Shown: piece by piece, positions 1-8,970 of the stretch
Layout: every line of letters starts with the position of its first letter
Position numbering within the stretch: position 1 is the first letter of the stretch
Assembly: GCA_965206985.1 (NCBI GenBank)
Contig: CBDBLF010000011.1
Span: 477,320-541,319 of the forward strand
Reading direction: 5' to 3'
DNA from: Spirochaetota bacterium
GTDB lineage: Bacteria > Spirochaetota > Leptospiria > Turneriellales > CBDBES01
DNA: 64,000 nucleotides
Notes under the pieces: model-generated
Seen by the model: the letters and a program-made list of their open reading frames with translations, nothing else
What the model was told of the DNA's origin: nothing
Database searches by the model: none
Translations under genes and position numbers: made by a program

Positions 1-710
1 CGATGACGCAAATTCTAAAAGATAGAGGCTTTACAATAAATAAGAAGCGAGTTTACCGAATTATGAAAGAAAATAGACTTTTATGCACTAAAAAGGTGTT
101 TTTGAAGCCAAAAACTACCCAATCTAAGCATAATTTCAGAAAATATCCCAATTTGATTAAAAGTGTGCAAGCTGATCCCTTCAAGGTAATTGTTGGCGAT
201 ATAACCTATTTTGATATTAATTCGAAAGACCACTATTTAGCTTTGCTCATGAGGCTTATGAGTCGCCGTATCGTAGGAGCGGCCATTTCTGATAAAAATA
301 ACACCCAACTGGTCATAGCAGCCTTTCTTTCGCTTAAAAGAGAAATAGGAGATTTACAAAATTACTACCATCATACTGATGCTGACGTCAGATATTGCTC
401 AAATGAGTATATCGCTCTATTAGAAGAAAGTAGAATCAATATTTCCATGTGTCGTGGTAATGTGTATGAAAACGCTCATGCCGAATCATTGAATAAAACA
501 ATTAAATATAAAGAAATTAATTTATCAGAATATCAAAACTTTGAAGAAGCTCAAAAAAGTATCTTCAGGTTTATCCATCTTTATAATACGATGAAGCCAC
601 ATTCAGCTTTAGGATGGGTGACACCTCAAAAATATGAGGAGAAATATCTAAAAGAATAAGAAAAAGACTGTCCAGTTTTCACCCTTCGGGCACAGGCGGG
701 GGTTAAACCA
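1..710 (+). mobile_element. IS3-family insertion sequence, copy 1 (5' part cut off by window edge)
   Basis: Matches the 3' 710 bp of the complete copies. Ends ...CACAGGCGGGGGTTAAACCA at 710. Right flank is CTC. Confidence 0.9.
3..659 (+). CDS. IS3-family transposase OrfB (rve/DDE integrase core), partial
   Basis: The 218 aa are identical to the C-terminal part of the 257-aa orfB of the other copies. Confidence 0.9.
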   Translation: MTQILKDRGFTINKKRVYRIMKENRLLCTKKVFLKPKTTQSKHNFRKYPNLIKSVQADPFKVIVGDITYFDINSKDHYLALLMRLMSRRIVGAAISDKNNTQLVIAAFLSLKREIGDLQNYYHHTDADVRYCSNEYIALLEESRINISMCRGNVYENAHAESLNKTIKYKEINLSEYQNFEEAQKSIFRFIHLYNTMKPHSALGWVTPQKYEEKYLKE

Positions 711-1830
711 CTCCTATTGTCAAAGGTTCATTTACATGGTCAAGAGATTTCTTCATTGTTTCAAGACCAATCATCGCTGTGCACGCTTGACCTTCAGTTA
801 CTCGATCAACTACCTTGAGCACAGCTTTGGGAAAATTAGACTTTAACATTTGAATAATATTCTGGAGATTAGGCATATCTTGCCTTAAAACAAACCCATA
901 GTCTTTAGCTAAGGGTAAATCTCTTGTTGCTTGTATCACCATTGGATTACCCGACACTTCTATAAGTGGTTTTGTTATTTGATAACCTTCATTCAGGAAC
1001 CTTTTTCCTAGACCAGCCATAGGTATTAAAACCGAACCTCTTGCACTTACCGACTCGGAGGTCGAGCTTGATAATACATGAAAAGTGTTTGACCATCTTT
1101 CATATTCTGAAACATCTTGAGGCGTACCCCACTGCATAAAATGCTCCAAAGGGAAAACAGCAACCTTCTGTTTTTCAGAAAGGAGTATTTTATAAGAAAG
1201 ACTCACATAAAATTCTCCTTTGACTTGTAAGTTGTGAGCAATCGTTCTTTCAAACAATTTTTTCAATAAAGAACCTGACGAAAAATAATAGGTTCCACTC
1301 GATGCAAATTCATTCATACGATCATTGGTGTACGGTTCTTTTTCTTGTATGTCGAGAACCCAACCATCTTCCTCTTTTACGTAGGCATAATTTGTCTTCC
1401 CTAATGAATGAGGATGAAAACCCTTATACGCAGGAATGGCACCATCACATTTTGTTGTTGTGATAAAATGCTCAAAATAGTAATAGTCCCAGTAACAAGT
1501 AAAATCACAATAATTAACAATCGTAGGTTCACTATCAATAATATCTTCTTTGGCTTGCATAACCGCATGAACAGGCCCCAGCTTATGTGGAGCGATGGGT
1601 ATGATCTTGCCTGTAGGGCAATAGATATTTAATATTTCTTTCATTCTATAGTTTTCATTTTCAAGATGCTCTTCGTTACATACAAAAATAAAGTTAGACT
1701 CACCAGGGAACATATCAACAACATGCGCGATCATTGGTTTACCTTCAACTGGTATCAATGGCTTTGGTACGCTATACCCCACCTTTCTAAAGCGCTCCCC
1801 ATAACCTGACATTGGTATTATAATTTGCAT
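703..1830 (-). pseudogene. Sugar-phosphate nucleotidyltransferase with two tandem NTP-transferase domains, 3'-truncated by IS copy 1
   Basis: There are two N-terminal-type motifs (IIPMSGYGERF...KPL and LIPMAGLGKRF...KPL). The second domain stops after ~110 aa. The last codons and the stop (703-710) lie inside the IS terminal repeat. Confidence 0.7.
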
Positions 1831-2026
1831 CTACTTAAGTTCGGTTTTACTTTTTTATTTTCCATACCAATCAACTGATATTTTGCCGTTGTTTTGTGGA
1901 GGTGAAGCTAAAATCTTTTTATCTGTCTTAATGTACAGTTTTTTATATCTTAACGTTGGCTTGCCTGCCAACACCTGGTTTAACCCCCGCCTGTGCCCGA
2001 AGGGTGAAAACTGGACAGTCTTTTTC

Positions 2027-2800
2027 TTATTCTTTTAGATATTTCTCCTCATATTTTTGAGGTGTCACCCATCCTAAAGCTGAATGTGGCTTCATCGTAT
2101 TATAAAGATGGATAAACCTGAAGATACTTTTTTGAGCTTCTTCAAAGTTTTGATATTCTGATAAATTAATTTCTTTATATTTAATTGTTTTATTCAATGA
2201 TTCGGCATGAGCGTTTTCATACACATTACCACGACACATGGAAATATTGATTCTACTTTCTTCTAATAGAGCGATATACTCATTTGAGCAATATCTGACG
2301 TCAGCATCAGTATGATGGTAGTAATTTTGTAAATCTCCTATTTCTCTTTTAAGCGAAAGAAAGGCTGCTATGACCAGTTGGGTGTTATTTTTATCAGAAA
2401 TGGCCGCTCCTACGATACGGCGACTCATAAGCCTCATGAGCAAAGCTAAATAGTGGTCTTTCGAATTAATATCAAAATAGGTTATATCGCCAACAATTAC
2501 CTTGAAGGGATCAGCTTGCACACTTTTAATCAAATTGGGATATTTTCTGAAATTATGCTTAGATTGGGTAGTTTTTGGCTTCAAAAACACCTTTTTAGTG
2601 CATAAAAGTCTATTTTCTTTCATAATTCGGTAAACTCGCTTCTTATTTATTGTAAAGCCTCTATCTTTTAGAATTTGCGTCATCGAGATATAACCTACTT
2701 GGTTCAATTGATCACTAATTTCATGGATAGATTTTAGAATCGTTGAATCATCTTTCTTCTCCTTCGACTTATAATAATAAGTTGACTTTTCTAGTTTCAT
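2027..2800 (-). CDS. IS3-family transposase OrfB (DDE/rve)
   Basis: 257 aa. The frame is -1 relative to orfA and stays open from the A8 tract to its ATG. The ATG overlaps the orfA stop (ATGA). Confidence 0.9.
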   Translation of the reverse strand: MKLEKSTYYYKSKEKKDDSTILKSIHEISDQLNQVGYISMTQILKDRGFTINKKRVYRIMKENRLLCTKKVFLKPKTTQSKHNFRKYPNLIKSVQADPFKVIVGDITYFDINSKDHYLALLMRLMSRRIVGAAISDKNNTQLVIAAFLSLKREIGDLQNYYHHTDADVRYCSNEYIALLEESRINISMCRGNVYENAHAESLNKTIKYKEINLSEYQNFEEAQKSIFRFIHLYNTMKPHSALGWVTPQKYEEKYLKE

Positions 2801-3171
2801 AACTCTGCAACTCCTTGTGATCCCAAATTCTGTGCTGAGGCTATTCTTGATAATTTCTCTTTTTGCCTGTATTCTTGAAGAAGTTTTTCCGTTTTTTTTA
2901 AAATCTGATTTTCTATCATTAAGTCAGATAAGGCCGATTCTAAATAGGAAATTTTTTTTCTCAATTCTAACTCAACCCCATTTTTATCTTCAAAGCCTTC
3001 GGAAACCAGCTGTCGCTTCCATCTCGATAAAGTTGCGACTGAAATCATCTCTCTCTTAGATATTTCTGCCGTGCTAGTCTGACCTGAAATCATCTCCAAA
3101 GCCAATCTCTCTTTTGCTTCCTTACTGTATCTTTGTCTTTTAATCATAGTTTTACCTCCTAAATTTAACAC
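2797..3171 (-). CDS. IS3-family transposase OrfA (HTH + leucine-zipper-like)
   Basis: 124 aa. AGGAGG lies 7 nt upstream of the ATG. A heptad-like segment LESALSDLMIENQILKK precedes the slippery site. Confidence 0.9.
   Translation of the reverse strand: MLNLGGKTMIKRQRYSKEAKERLALEMISGQTSTAEISKREMISVATLSRWKRQLVSEGFEDKNGVELELRKKISYLESALSDLMIENQILKKTEKLLQEYRQKEKLSRIASAQNLGSQGVAEL
2892..2899 (-). promoter_or_regulatory. Putative -1 programmed frameshift site (A AAA AAA in the orfA frame, A8 tract)
   Basis: orfA reads TTA AAA AAA ACG. The -1 frame from this point (KKNGKTSSRIQ...) has no stop up to the orfB ATG. Confidence 0.7.
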
Positions 3172-3353
3172 AATAAAGTGTCCAGTTTTAGGGGGTTAAA
3201 CCAACCCTTAATTTACTACTTGAAACGTTGAGTATGAAATTAAAAACTGCCTTAATAAATATTATGAATGTTACCATTTTTAGAAAATCTTTACGTCAGT
3301 TATCTCCCACTACATTTTTTTAGGGGAGTAAAATAAAAATCTAAATTTTTCCT

Positions 3354-4319
3354 ATGTTATCAGCCCCAAAAAAAGTATTAGTTACTGGTGGGGCAGGTTT
3401 TCTAGGTTCGCATGTCTGCAAAAAACTAATCGAGCAAAATATTTTTGTCATTGCCTTAGATAATTTTAATACTGGGTTTGAAGAAAATATTCAAGACCTA
3501 ATCAAAAATCCAAATTTTAAATTAATTCATCACGACGTTTGTGACCCTATTGATTTAAATGTCAATGAAGTTTATCATCTTGCTTGTCCTGCTTCACCCC
3601 CTCATTATCAAAAAGACCCTGTGTACACTCTAAAGACTAATTTTTATGGAAGCCAAAATATGATTAATTTGGCAATAAAAAATAATGCAAAGATTCTATT
3701 TACCTCAACCAGTGAAGTGTATGGTGACCCTAAGGAGCACCCTCAAAGTGAAACTTATTGGGGTTATACAAACCCAATCGGTATTCGCTCATGTTATGAT
3801 GAAGGTAAGCGAGTTTCAGAAGCTTTATTTTTTGCTCACTACAGAAAACATAAAATTGATATGAAAATTATAAGGATATTTAATACCTACGGACCAAATA
3901 TGCACCCTCAAGATGGACGTGTTATAAGCAATTTTATTAATCAAGCGATTAAAGGCAATGATCTTACGATCTACGGCAAAGGTAAACAGACAAGAAGTTT
4001 CTGTTATGTTGATGACATGGTGGCAGGTATATTCAAAATGATGAATTCTAGTTCTGACTTTATTGGTCCGGTCAATATGGGTAACCCTATTGAATTTACC
4101 ATAGAAGAACTGGCACATACCGTAATGAATCTTAGTAATTCCAAAAGTCGTATATCATACAAACCTTTACCACAAGATGACCCTCAGCAGAGGAAACCAG
4201 ATATAACAAAAGCAAAAAAACATTTAAACTGGGAACCAAAAGTTGAACTAGAAGACGGTCTTAAAAAAACAATCAGGTACTTTGAAAACCTTAAAGAATC
4301 AAAGCATGAGATTAGATAA
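3354..4319 (+). CDS. UDP-glucuronate decarboxylase (UDP-xylose synthase-type SDR)
   Basis: Carries VLVTGGAGFLGSH (Rossmann), STSEVYG, YDEGKR and DDPQQRKPDI motifs. Resembles the UXS family over its full length. Confidence 0.85.
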   Translation: MLSAPKKVLVTGGAGFLGSHVCKKLIEQNIFVIALDNFNTGFEENIQDLIKNPNFKLIHHDVCDPIDLNVNEVYHLACPASPPHYQKDPVYTLKTNFYGSQNMINLAIKNNAKILFTSTSEVYGDPKEHPQSETYWGYTNPIGIRSCYDEGKRVSEALFFAHYRKHKIDMKIIRIFNTYGPNMHPQDGRVISNFINQAIKGNDLTIYGKGKQTRSFCYVDDMVAGIFKMMNSSSDFIGPVNMGNPIEFTIEELAHTVMNLSNSKSRISYKPLPQDDPQQRKPDITKAKKHLNWEPKVELEDGLKKTIRYFENLKESKHEIR

Positions 4320-4382
4320 AAACTAGAAAGGATGCTTTAATTCTCGTTACTGAATGACAGGAGTTTAGCCTTCCCGACCTTG

Positions 4383-5099
4383 ATGAAAATAAAAAAGCTA
4401 TCTATAATTATTCCTGTTTATAACGAAGAAAATACAATACACCAAATACTTAATACAATAAAACAGGTGGAATTAGTAAATAGCATAGAAAAAGAAATTA
4501 TTATTATAAATGACTACTCTCAGGATGACACGGGCAGAGTAGTTAACAAATATATTTCTACCAACCAGAATTTAAATATTCAATATTATGAGCACGAAGT
4601 CAATAAAGGCAAGGGTGCTGCACTTCATACAGGAATTTCAAAGGCAAGCGGAGAATTTCTTGTTATTCAAGACGCTGATTTAGAATACGACCCCTTCGAA
4701 TATAATGACCTACTAAAGCCAGTTCTCCGAGGTGTTGCTGATGTTGTTTATGGCTCACGGTTTATGGGAGAGAGACCTCATAGGATATTGTTTTTTTGGC
4801 ATACCGCAGGCAATAAATTTTTAACGTTTCTATCCAATATCTTTAATAATTTGAATCTAACAGATCTGAATACTTGCTATAAATTGTTTAAAACAATTTT
4901 GATACAAGGAATCAAACTAAAAGAAAATAGATTCGGTTTTGAGCCGGAGGTAACGGCCAAGATTGCACAAGTTCCTAATGTAAGGATCTACGAAGTAGGC
5001 ATTTCCTACTACGGGAGAACTTACGAAGAAGGTAAAAAAATAGGATGGAAAGATGGTTTTCGATCGATCTATTGCATTGTCAAATACGGTCTCTTTTAA
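4383..5099 (+). CDS. Family 2 glycosyltransferase (DPM1/ArnC-like polyprenyl-phosphate sugar transferase type)
   Basis: LSIIIPVYNEE and QDADLEYDP (DxD) motifs, ~238 aa. ATG at 4383 is preferred over TTG at 4380. Confidence 0.75.
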   Translation: MKIKKLSIIIPVYNEENTIHQILNTIKQVELVNSIEKEIIIINDYSQDDTGRVVNKYISTNQNLNIQYYEHEVNKGKGAALHTGISKASGEFLVIQDADLEYDPFEYNDLLKPVLRGVADVVYGSRFMGERPHRILFFWHTAGNKFLTFLSNIFNNLNLTDLNTCYKLFKTILIQGIKLKENRFGFEPEVTAKIAQVPNVRIYEVGISYYGRTYEEGKKIGWKDGFRSIYCIVKYGLF

Positions 5100-6431
5100 T
5101 CATCTAATAAAGTAAAAAAATCTTCTAGTCGTTATCATTATTACCATCAACAAAAATGCTAAAGTACTAGCAAGCACGCTCCAATATATATATCTAAAAT
5201 CATAGGTCGTTATTAAGGGTATATACCCCAAAATATAGAAGGTGCTTGATAGCACTAAGGCTAATATAATTTTTCTAGCTGTTGTCCTAGTAGCCTTATA
5301 ATTAATAAAAAACAGCATCAAATTTAATAGAATCCACCAATACCCCTTAAAAAAAAAGGGGAACAATCTTGCTGTTTCTGAAATAAATTGTTCAAATAAG
5401 ACGGTCATATTGCCTCTCTGATAAGATATACCATAGTTATTTTTTTGCATGCCCACAAACATGATATCGTTTTGAGAGTATCTTGGGTGCATTCCTAAAA
5501 ATTCGCCAAAAATTTTTAACCTAAAATAAATATAATCAGTGAAATGAGAGAGTAACTGAGTTTTCCAAATAGAACCTAAAAGCTCCGTTTCATTGACTGA
5601 GTCACGAGGAAATCTTTTGTGCATAAAACAAATCAATTTTGCCGTAAAGCGATAGGGAAAGCTTTCTAATTCTGAACATTTTTGAAGATGCTCCAAGGAA
5701 ACTCCAGGAATGAGATTTTTTTTTTGTTTTATTGATAAGTTAGCAAGGTCATCAAACATAATCTGGTTTACATGCGAACCAGGTGTGGCAGTTAAGACTT
5801 TATAGGTAAACAAATAAGAAATGCCTAAGCACAAAGTCAAAATGGCAATGAGGACAGCACTTCTCTTCAGTTTCGATAGACTTGGTAGAAAATACGTTAT
5901 CGAAAACCATAGTATAGGGATTATCGCGAAAATAGAATTTGCCCTCACAGAGATGGCGTAAAAAATGACGGCAAATAAGGTGACACAGTAGCCAAGGCTA
6001 CTTTTTTGTTTGAGGCTTAAAGTAATTGGAATTATACAAAGAAAGGCGTAAGCCATACCCATATCTTTCCATAATACACCAGATAGATTGACTACCCATG
6101 GCAAAAATCCTACCATCAGAAATAACCATGAATATCGGTTATACCGAAAAGTGGAATACCACAAGTAGAGCCCTCCCCATAATAAAGCTTGGTGAAAAAA
6201 TAACATCCCTTGTGGGCCATCAAAGAATATATTTAAAATTGACCACAGAAAAGCCATAATGGGAGGATGATGAGCGTGAAAAGCCATCGTCTTTGATTGC
6301 GTGTATTGCACTACACTGTCATAACTCATAAAACCAGGATAAAAAGTAACACAGCACAAAATAAAACCAATAATCGGGATATTAGAACATGAAATACCAC
6401 GCTTGTTTACTATAGATAATAATTTACTCAT
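5100..6431 (-). CDS. Polytopic integral membrane protein (candidate GT-C-type glycosyltransferase or polymerase)
   Basis: 443 aa with ten or more hydrophobic segments. Its start overlaps the upstream GT stop (ATGA at 6428-6431). Function is inferred from context only. Confidence 0.45.
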   Translation of the reverse strand: MSKLLSIVNKRGISCSNIPIIGFILCCVTFYPGFMSYDSVVQYTQSKTMAFHAHHPPIMAFLWSILNIFFDGPQGMLFFHQALLWGGLYLWYSTFRYNRYSWLFLMVGFLPWVVNLSGVLWKDMGMAYAFLCIIPITLSLKQKSSLGYCVTLFAVIFYAISVRANSIFAIIPILWFSITYFLPSLSKLKRSAVLIAILTLCLGISYLFTYKVLTATPGSHVNQIMFDDLANLSIKQKKNLIPGVSLEHLQKCSELESFPYRFTAKLICFMHKRFPRDSVNETELLGSIWKTQLLSHFTDYIYFRLKIFGEFLGMHPRYSQNDIMFVGMQKNNYGISYQRGNMTVLFEQFISETARLFPFFFKGYWWILLNLMLFFINYKATRTTARKIILALVLSSTFYILGYIPLITTYDFRYIYWSVLASTLAFLLMVIMITTRRFFYFIR

Positions 6432-7276
6432 CTCAAAGAATCTTTCAACTCGTTAATCATTCGTTTGGATTTCATATACTCTATGTTTAGAGACAATTTT
6501 TCTTTTTTTGATTCGTCTAAAAGGCCTAAGATATTACTCCCATCCACTTTATGAAGATAGTCACCTATATAAAAATTTCTGCGAACACCTTCCCAATCTG
6601 TATTCTTGTGATTAATAATTTGAAGTAGTAGGAAATAGTCTTCCATATAAATTTGATCATCATGATATATAAGAGAATCCACATCCAGCTTGTGAAGATT
6701 TAACATTACACTATGTAAAGGGATAAAATTGTTCTTAAAAAAATCTAAATATTTACGACCCCTTTTTTCAAAAGAAGTTTCCCGGCTTAGTCTCAGGTGA
6801 GTATTTTGATCATAAGTTGTTTTGTACACTCGGGCAACAGATATAGCTTTCTTAGATTCTAAAAGCCTACCTAGCAAATAAGCATAAGCATGCGACATCA
6901 ATAAATCATCGTAATCAAGAAATGCAGCATAATCCGTTCGAACTTTCTTAATAGATAAATTCATCATTTTTGAGCGAATATCTTTAAAATGGATTTTTCT
7001 AGTCGAGTAATGGTCAACTATAGGCACTACGTTAGTATGCCAAGGGATTTCATCTAGCAAGTTCTGGAGGTGTTGCTTTTGTAATTGATCTAAACCTTGG
7101 GTAGCTATTAATGGAATCACAATACAATCTTGCATAGTTGCTAATGAGTAAAGAGAGTTTTGTAATAATGTGAAGTCACCAGATCGGTGAAAGCGGATGA
7201 TTGTTGTTACTTTTGGGTATTTGTTTAATAAGATTGTACTTTGATTGCTTATAAAACATTGAGCATCAGTGCGCAT
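6428..7276 (-). CDS. GT-A fold glycosyltransferase-like protein
   Basis: 282 aa. KVTTIIRF near the N-terminus and FLDYDD (a DxD-like motif). Translationally coupled to the membrane protein. Confidence 0.55.
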   Translation of the reverse strand: MRTDAQCFISNQSTILLNKYPKVTTIIRFHRSGDFTLLQNSLYSLATMQDCIVIPLIATQGLDQLQKQHLQNLLDEIPWHTNVVPIVDHYSTRKIHFKDIRSKMMNLSIKKVRTDYAAFLDYDDLLMSHAYAYLLGRLLESKKAISVARVYKTTYDQNTHLRLSRETSFEKRGRKYLDFFKNNFIPLHSVMLNLHKLDVDSLIYHDDQIYMEDYFLLLQIINHKNTDWEGVRRNFYIGDYLHKVDGSNILGLLDESKKEKLSLNIEYMKSKRMINELKDSLR

Positions 7277-7327
7277 CCGAATATTTTTGAATCTGGTTTA
7301 ACCCCCTAAAACTGGACAGTCTTTTTC

Positions 7328-8101
7328 TTATTCTTTTAGATATTTCTCCTCATATTTTTGAGGTGTCACCCATCCTAAAGCTGAATGTGGCTTCATCGTA
7401 TTATAAAGATGGATAAACCTGAAGATACTTTTTTGAGCTTCTTCAAAGTTTTGATATTCTGATAAATTAATTTCTTTATATTTAATTGTTTTATTCAATG
7501 ATTCGGCATGAGCGTTTTCATACACATTACCACGACACATGGAAATATTGATTCTACTTTCTTCTAATAGAGCGATATACTCATTTGAGCAATATCTGAC
7601 GTCAGCATCAGTATGATGGTAGTAATTTTGTAAATCTCCTATTTCTCTTTTAAGCGAAAGAAAGGCTGCTATGACCAGTTGGGTGTTATTTTTATCAGAA
7701 ATGGCCGCTCCTACGATACGGCGACTCATAAGCCTCATGAGCAAAGCTAAATAGTGGTCTTTCGAATTAATATCAAAATAGGTTATATCGCCAACAATTA
7801 CCTTGAAGGGATCAGCTTGCACACTTTTAATCAAATTGGGATATTTTCTGAAATTATGCTTAGATTGAGTAGTTTTTGGCTTCAAAAACACCTTTTTAGT
7901 GCATAAAAGTCTATTTTCTTTCATAATTCGGTAAACTCGCTTCTTATTTATTGTAAAGCCTCTATCTTTTAGAATTTGCGTCATCGAGATATAGCCTACT
8001 TGGTTCAATTGATCACTAATTTCATGGATAGATTTTAGAATCGTTGAATCATCTTTCTTCTCCTTCGACTTATAATAATAAGTTGACTTTTCTAGTTTCA
8101 T
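7328..8101 (-). CDS. IS3-family transposase OrfB
   Basis: Protein identical to the other copies. Confidence 0.9.
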   Translation of the reverse strand: MKLEKSTYYYKSKEKKDDSTILKSIHEISDQLNQVGYISMTQILKDRGFTINKKRVYRIMKENRLLCTKKVFLKPKTTQSKHNFRKYPNLIKSVQADPFKVIVGDITYFDINSKDHYLALLMRLMSRRIVGAAISDKNNTQLVIAAFLSLKREIGDLQNYYHHTDADVRYCSNEYIALLEESRINISMCRGNVYENAHAESLNKTIKYKEINLSEYQNFEEAQKSIFRFIHLYNTMKPHSALGWVTPQKYEEKYLKE

Positions 8102-8472
8102 AACTCTGCAACTCCTTGTGATCCCAAATTCTGTGCTGAGGCTATTCTTGATAATTTCTCTTTTTGCCTGTATTCTTGAAGAAGTTTTTCCGTTTTTTTT
8201 AAAATCTGATTTTCTATCATTAAGTCAGATAAGGCCGATTCTAAATAGGAAATTTTTTTTCTCAATTCTAACTCAACCCCATTTTTATCTTCAAAGCCTT
8301 CGGAAACCAGCTGTCGCTTCCATCTCGATAAAGTTGCGACTGAAATCATCTCTCTCTTAGATATTTCTGCCGTGCTAGTCTGACCTGAAATCATCTCCAA
8401 AGCCAATCTCTCTTTTGCTTCCTTACTGTATCTTTGTCTTTTAATCATAGTTTTACCTCCTAAATTTAACAC
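8098..8472 (-). CDS. IS3-family transposase OrfA
   Basis: Protein identical to copy 2. The A8 tract is at 8193-8200. Confidence 0.9.
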   Translation of the reverse strand: MLNLGGKTMIKRQRYSKEAKERLALEMISGQTSTAEISKREMISVATLSRWKRQLVSEGFEDKNGVELELRKKISYLESALSDLMIENQILKKTEKLLQEYRQKEKLSRIASAQNLGSQGVAEL

Positions 8473-8970
8473 AATAAAGTGTCCAGTTTTAGGGGGTTAA
8501 ACCACGTCTCATAAAAAGATAAAAAGTTCTTGTAATCGTGATCGGCTAAATTGAGAGTATCTAGGGATGATTCAGAAAGGTATCATTATATGTGTAGATG
8601 ATGAAGCTACTTGAAATATTAGTTTATGTTTTATTATAAAATTTCCCATCATAAAAAGCCCTTATTTTTGCATTTATTATCGGTAAGTGTGAATTGAAAG
8701 TTGATTGTGGTCCAGCACAATGTGCAGCCACTCAAAGAGTGGGTATTCAAAGTTGATTAAAGGCAATTAAAAAACTTCGCTCAGAAATCTTTTAATTTTT
8801 TTGCCATAGCTAGAATCTGCTATTTTTGAAATAATTTGCATAAACCCAACTCCACAAAACAATGGAGTTTCAACTCACTATGACGCATAATATAACCAAA
8901 GAATTCATCAAGTTTTTTTCATTACCCTTGAGAGAAAGGAGAAGAGTTTGTTTTGGAGAGCTCTTCTAAC

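Larger units (their letters stand above)
1976..3203 (-). mobile_element. IS3-family insertion sequence, copy 2 (complete, 1,228 bp)
   Basis: Has TGGTTTAACCCCC... ends and orfA+orfB. A 3-bp direct repeat ACC lies at 1973-1975 and 3204-3206. Confidence 0.92.
7294..8504 (-). mobile_element. IS3-family insertion sequence, copy 3 (variant, 1,211 bp)
   Basis: The right end is TGGTTTAACCCCCTAAAACTGGACAG, lacking the 18-nt block found in the other copies. It therefore has perfect 25-bp IRs. Flanks are ATC and CGT, so there is no target duplication. Two synonymous differences occur in orfB (7867, 7994). Confidence 0.9.

Noticed and set aside
711-1975. Segments 711-1975 and 17059-19023 are each bracketed by inverted IS3 copies with right ends facing inward, resembling composite transposons.
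   Set aside because: Copies 2, 4 and 5 each carry their own matching 3-bp target duplication, which indicates independent single-IS insertions. No duplication flanks either composite as a unit.
2817-3059. 80-aa ORFs antisense to orfA in every IS3 copy (also 8118-8360, 15975-16217, 19865-20107).
   Set aside because: They lie entirely within and opposite a well-supported gene, are low-complexity and Leu/Phe/Ser-rich as expected from AT-rich antisense sequence, and have no RBS. They are shadow ORFs.
5716-5725. A10 and A9 tracts inside the glycan-locus membrane-protein gene as phase-variation switches.
   Set aside because: Equally long or longer tracts occur in rpoD, the phosphohexomutase gene and the cyclase gene. 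Tract length is therefore a genome-wide compositional trait and not evidence of a contingency locus.
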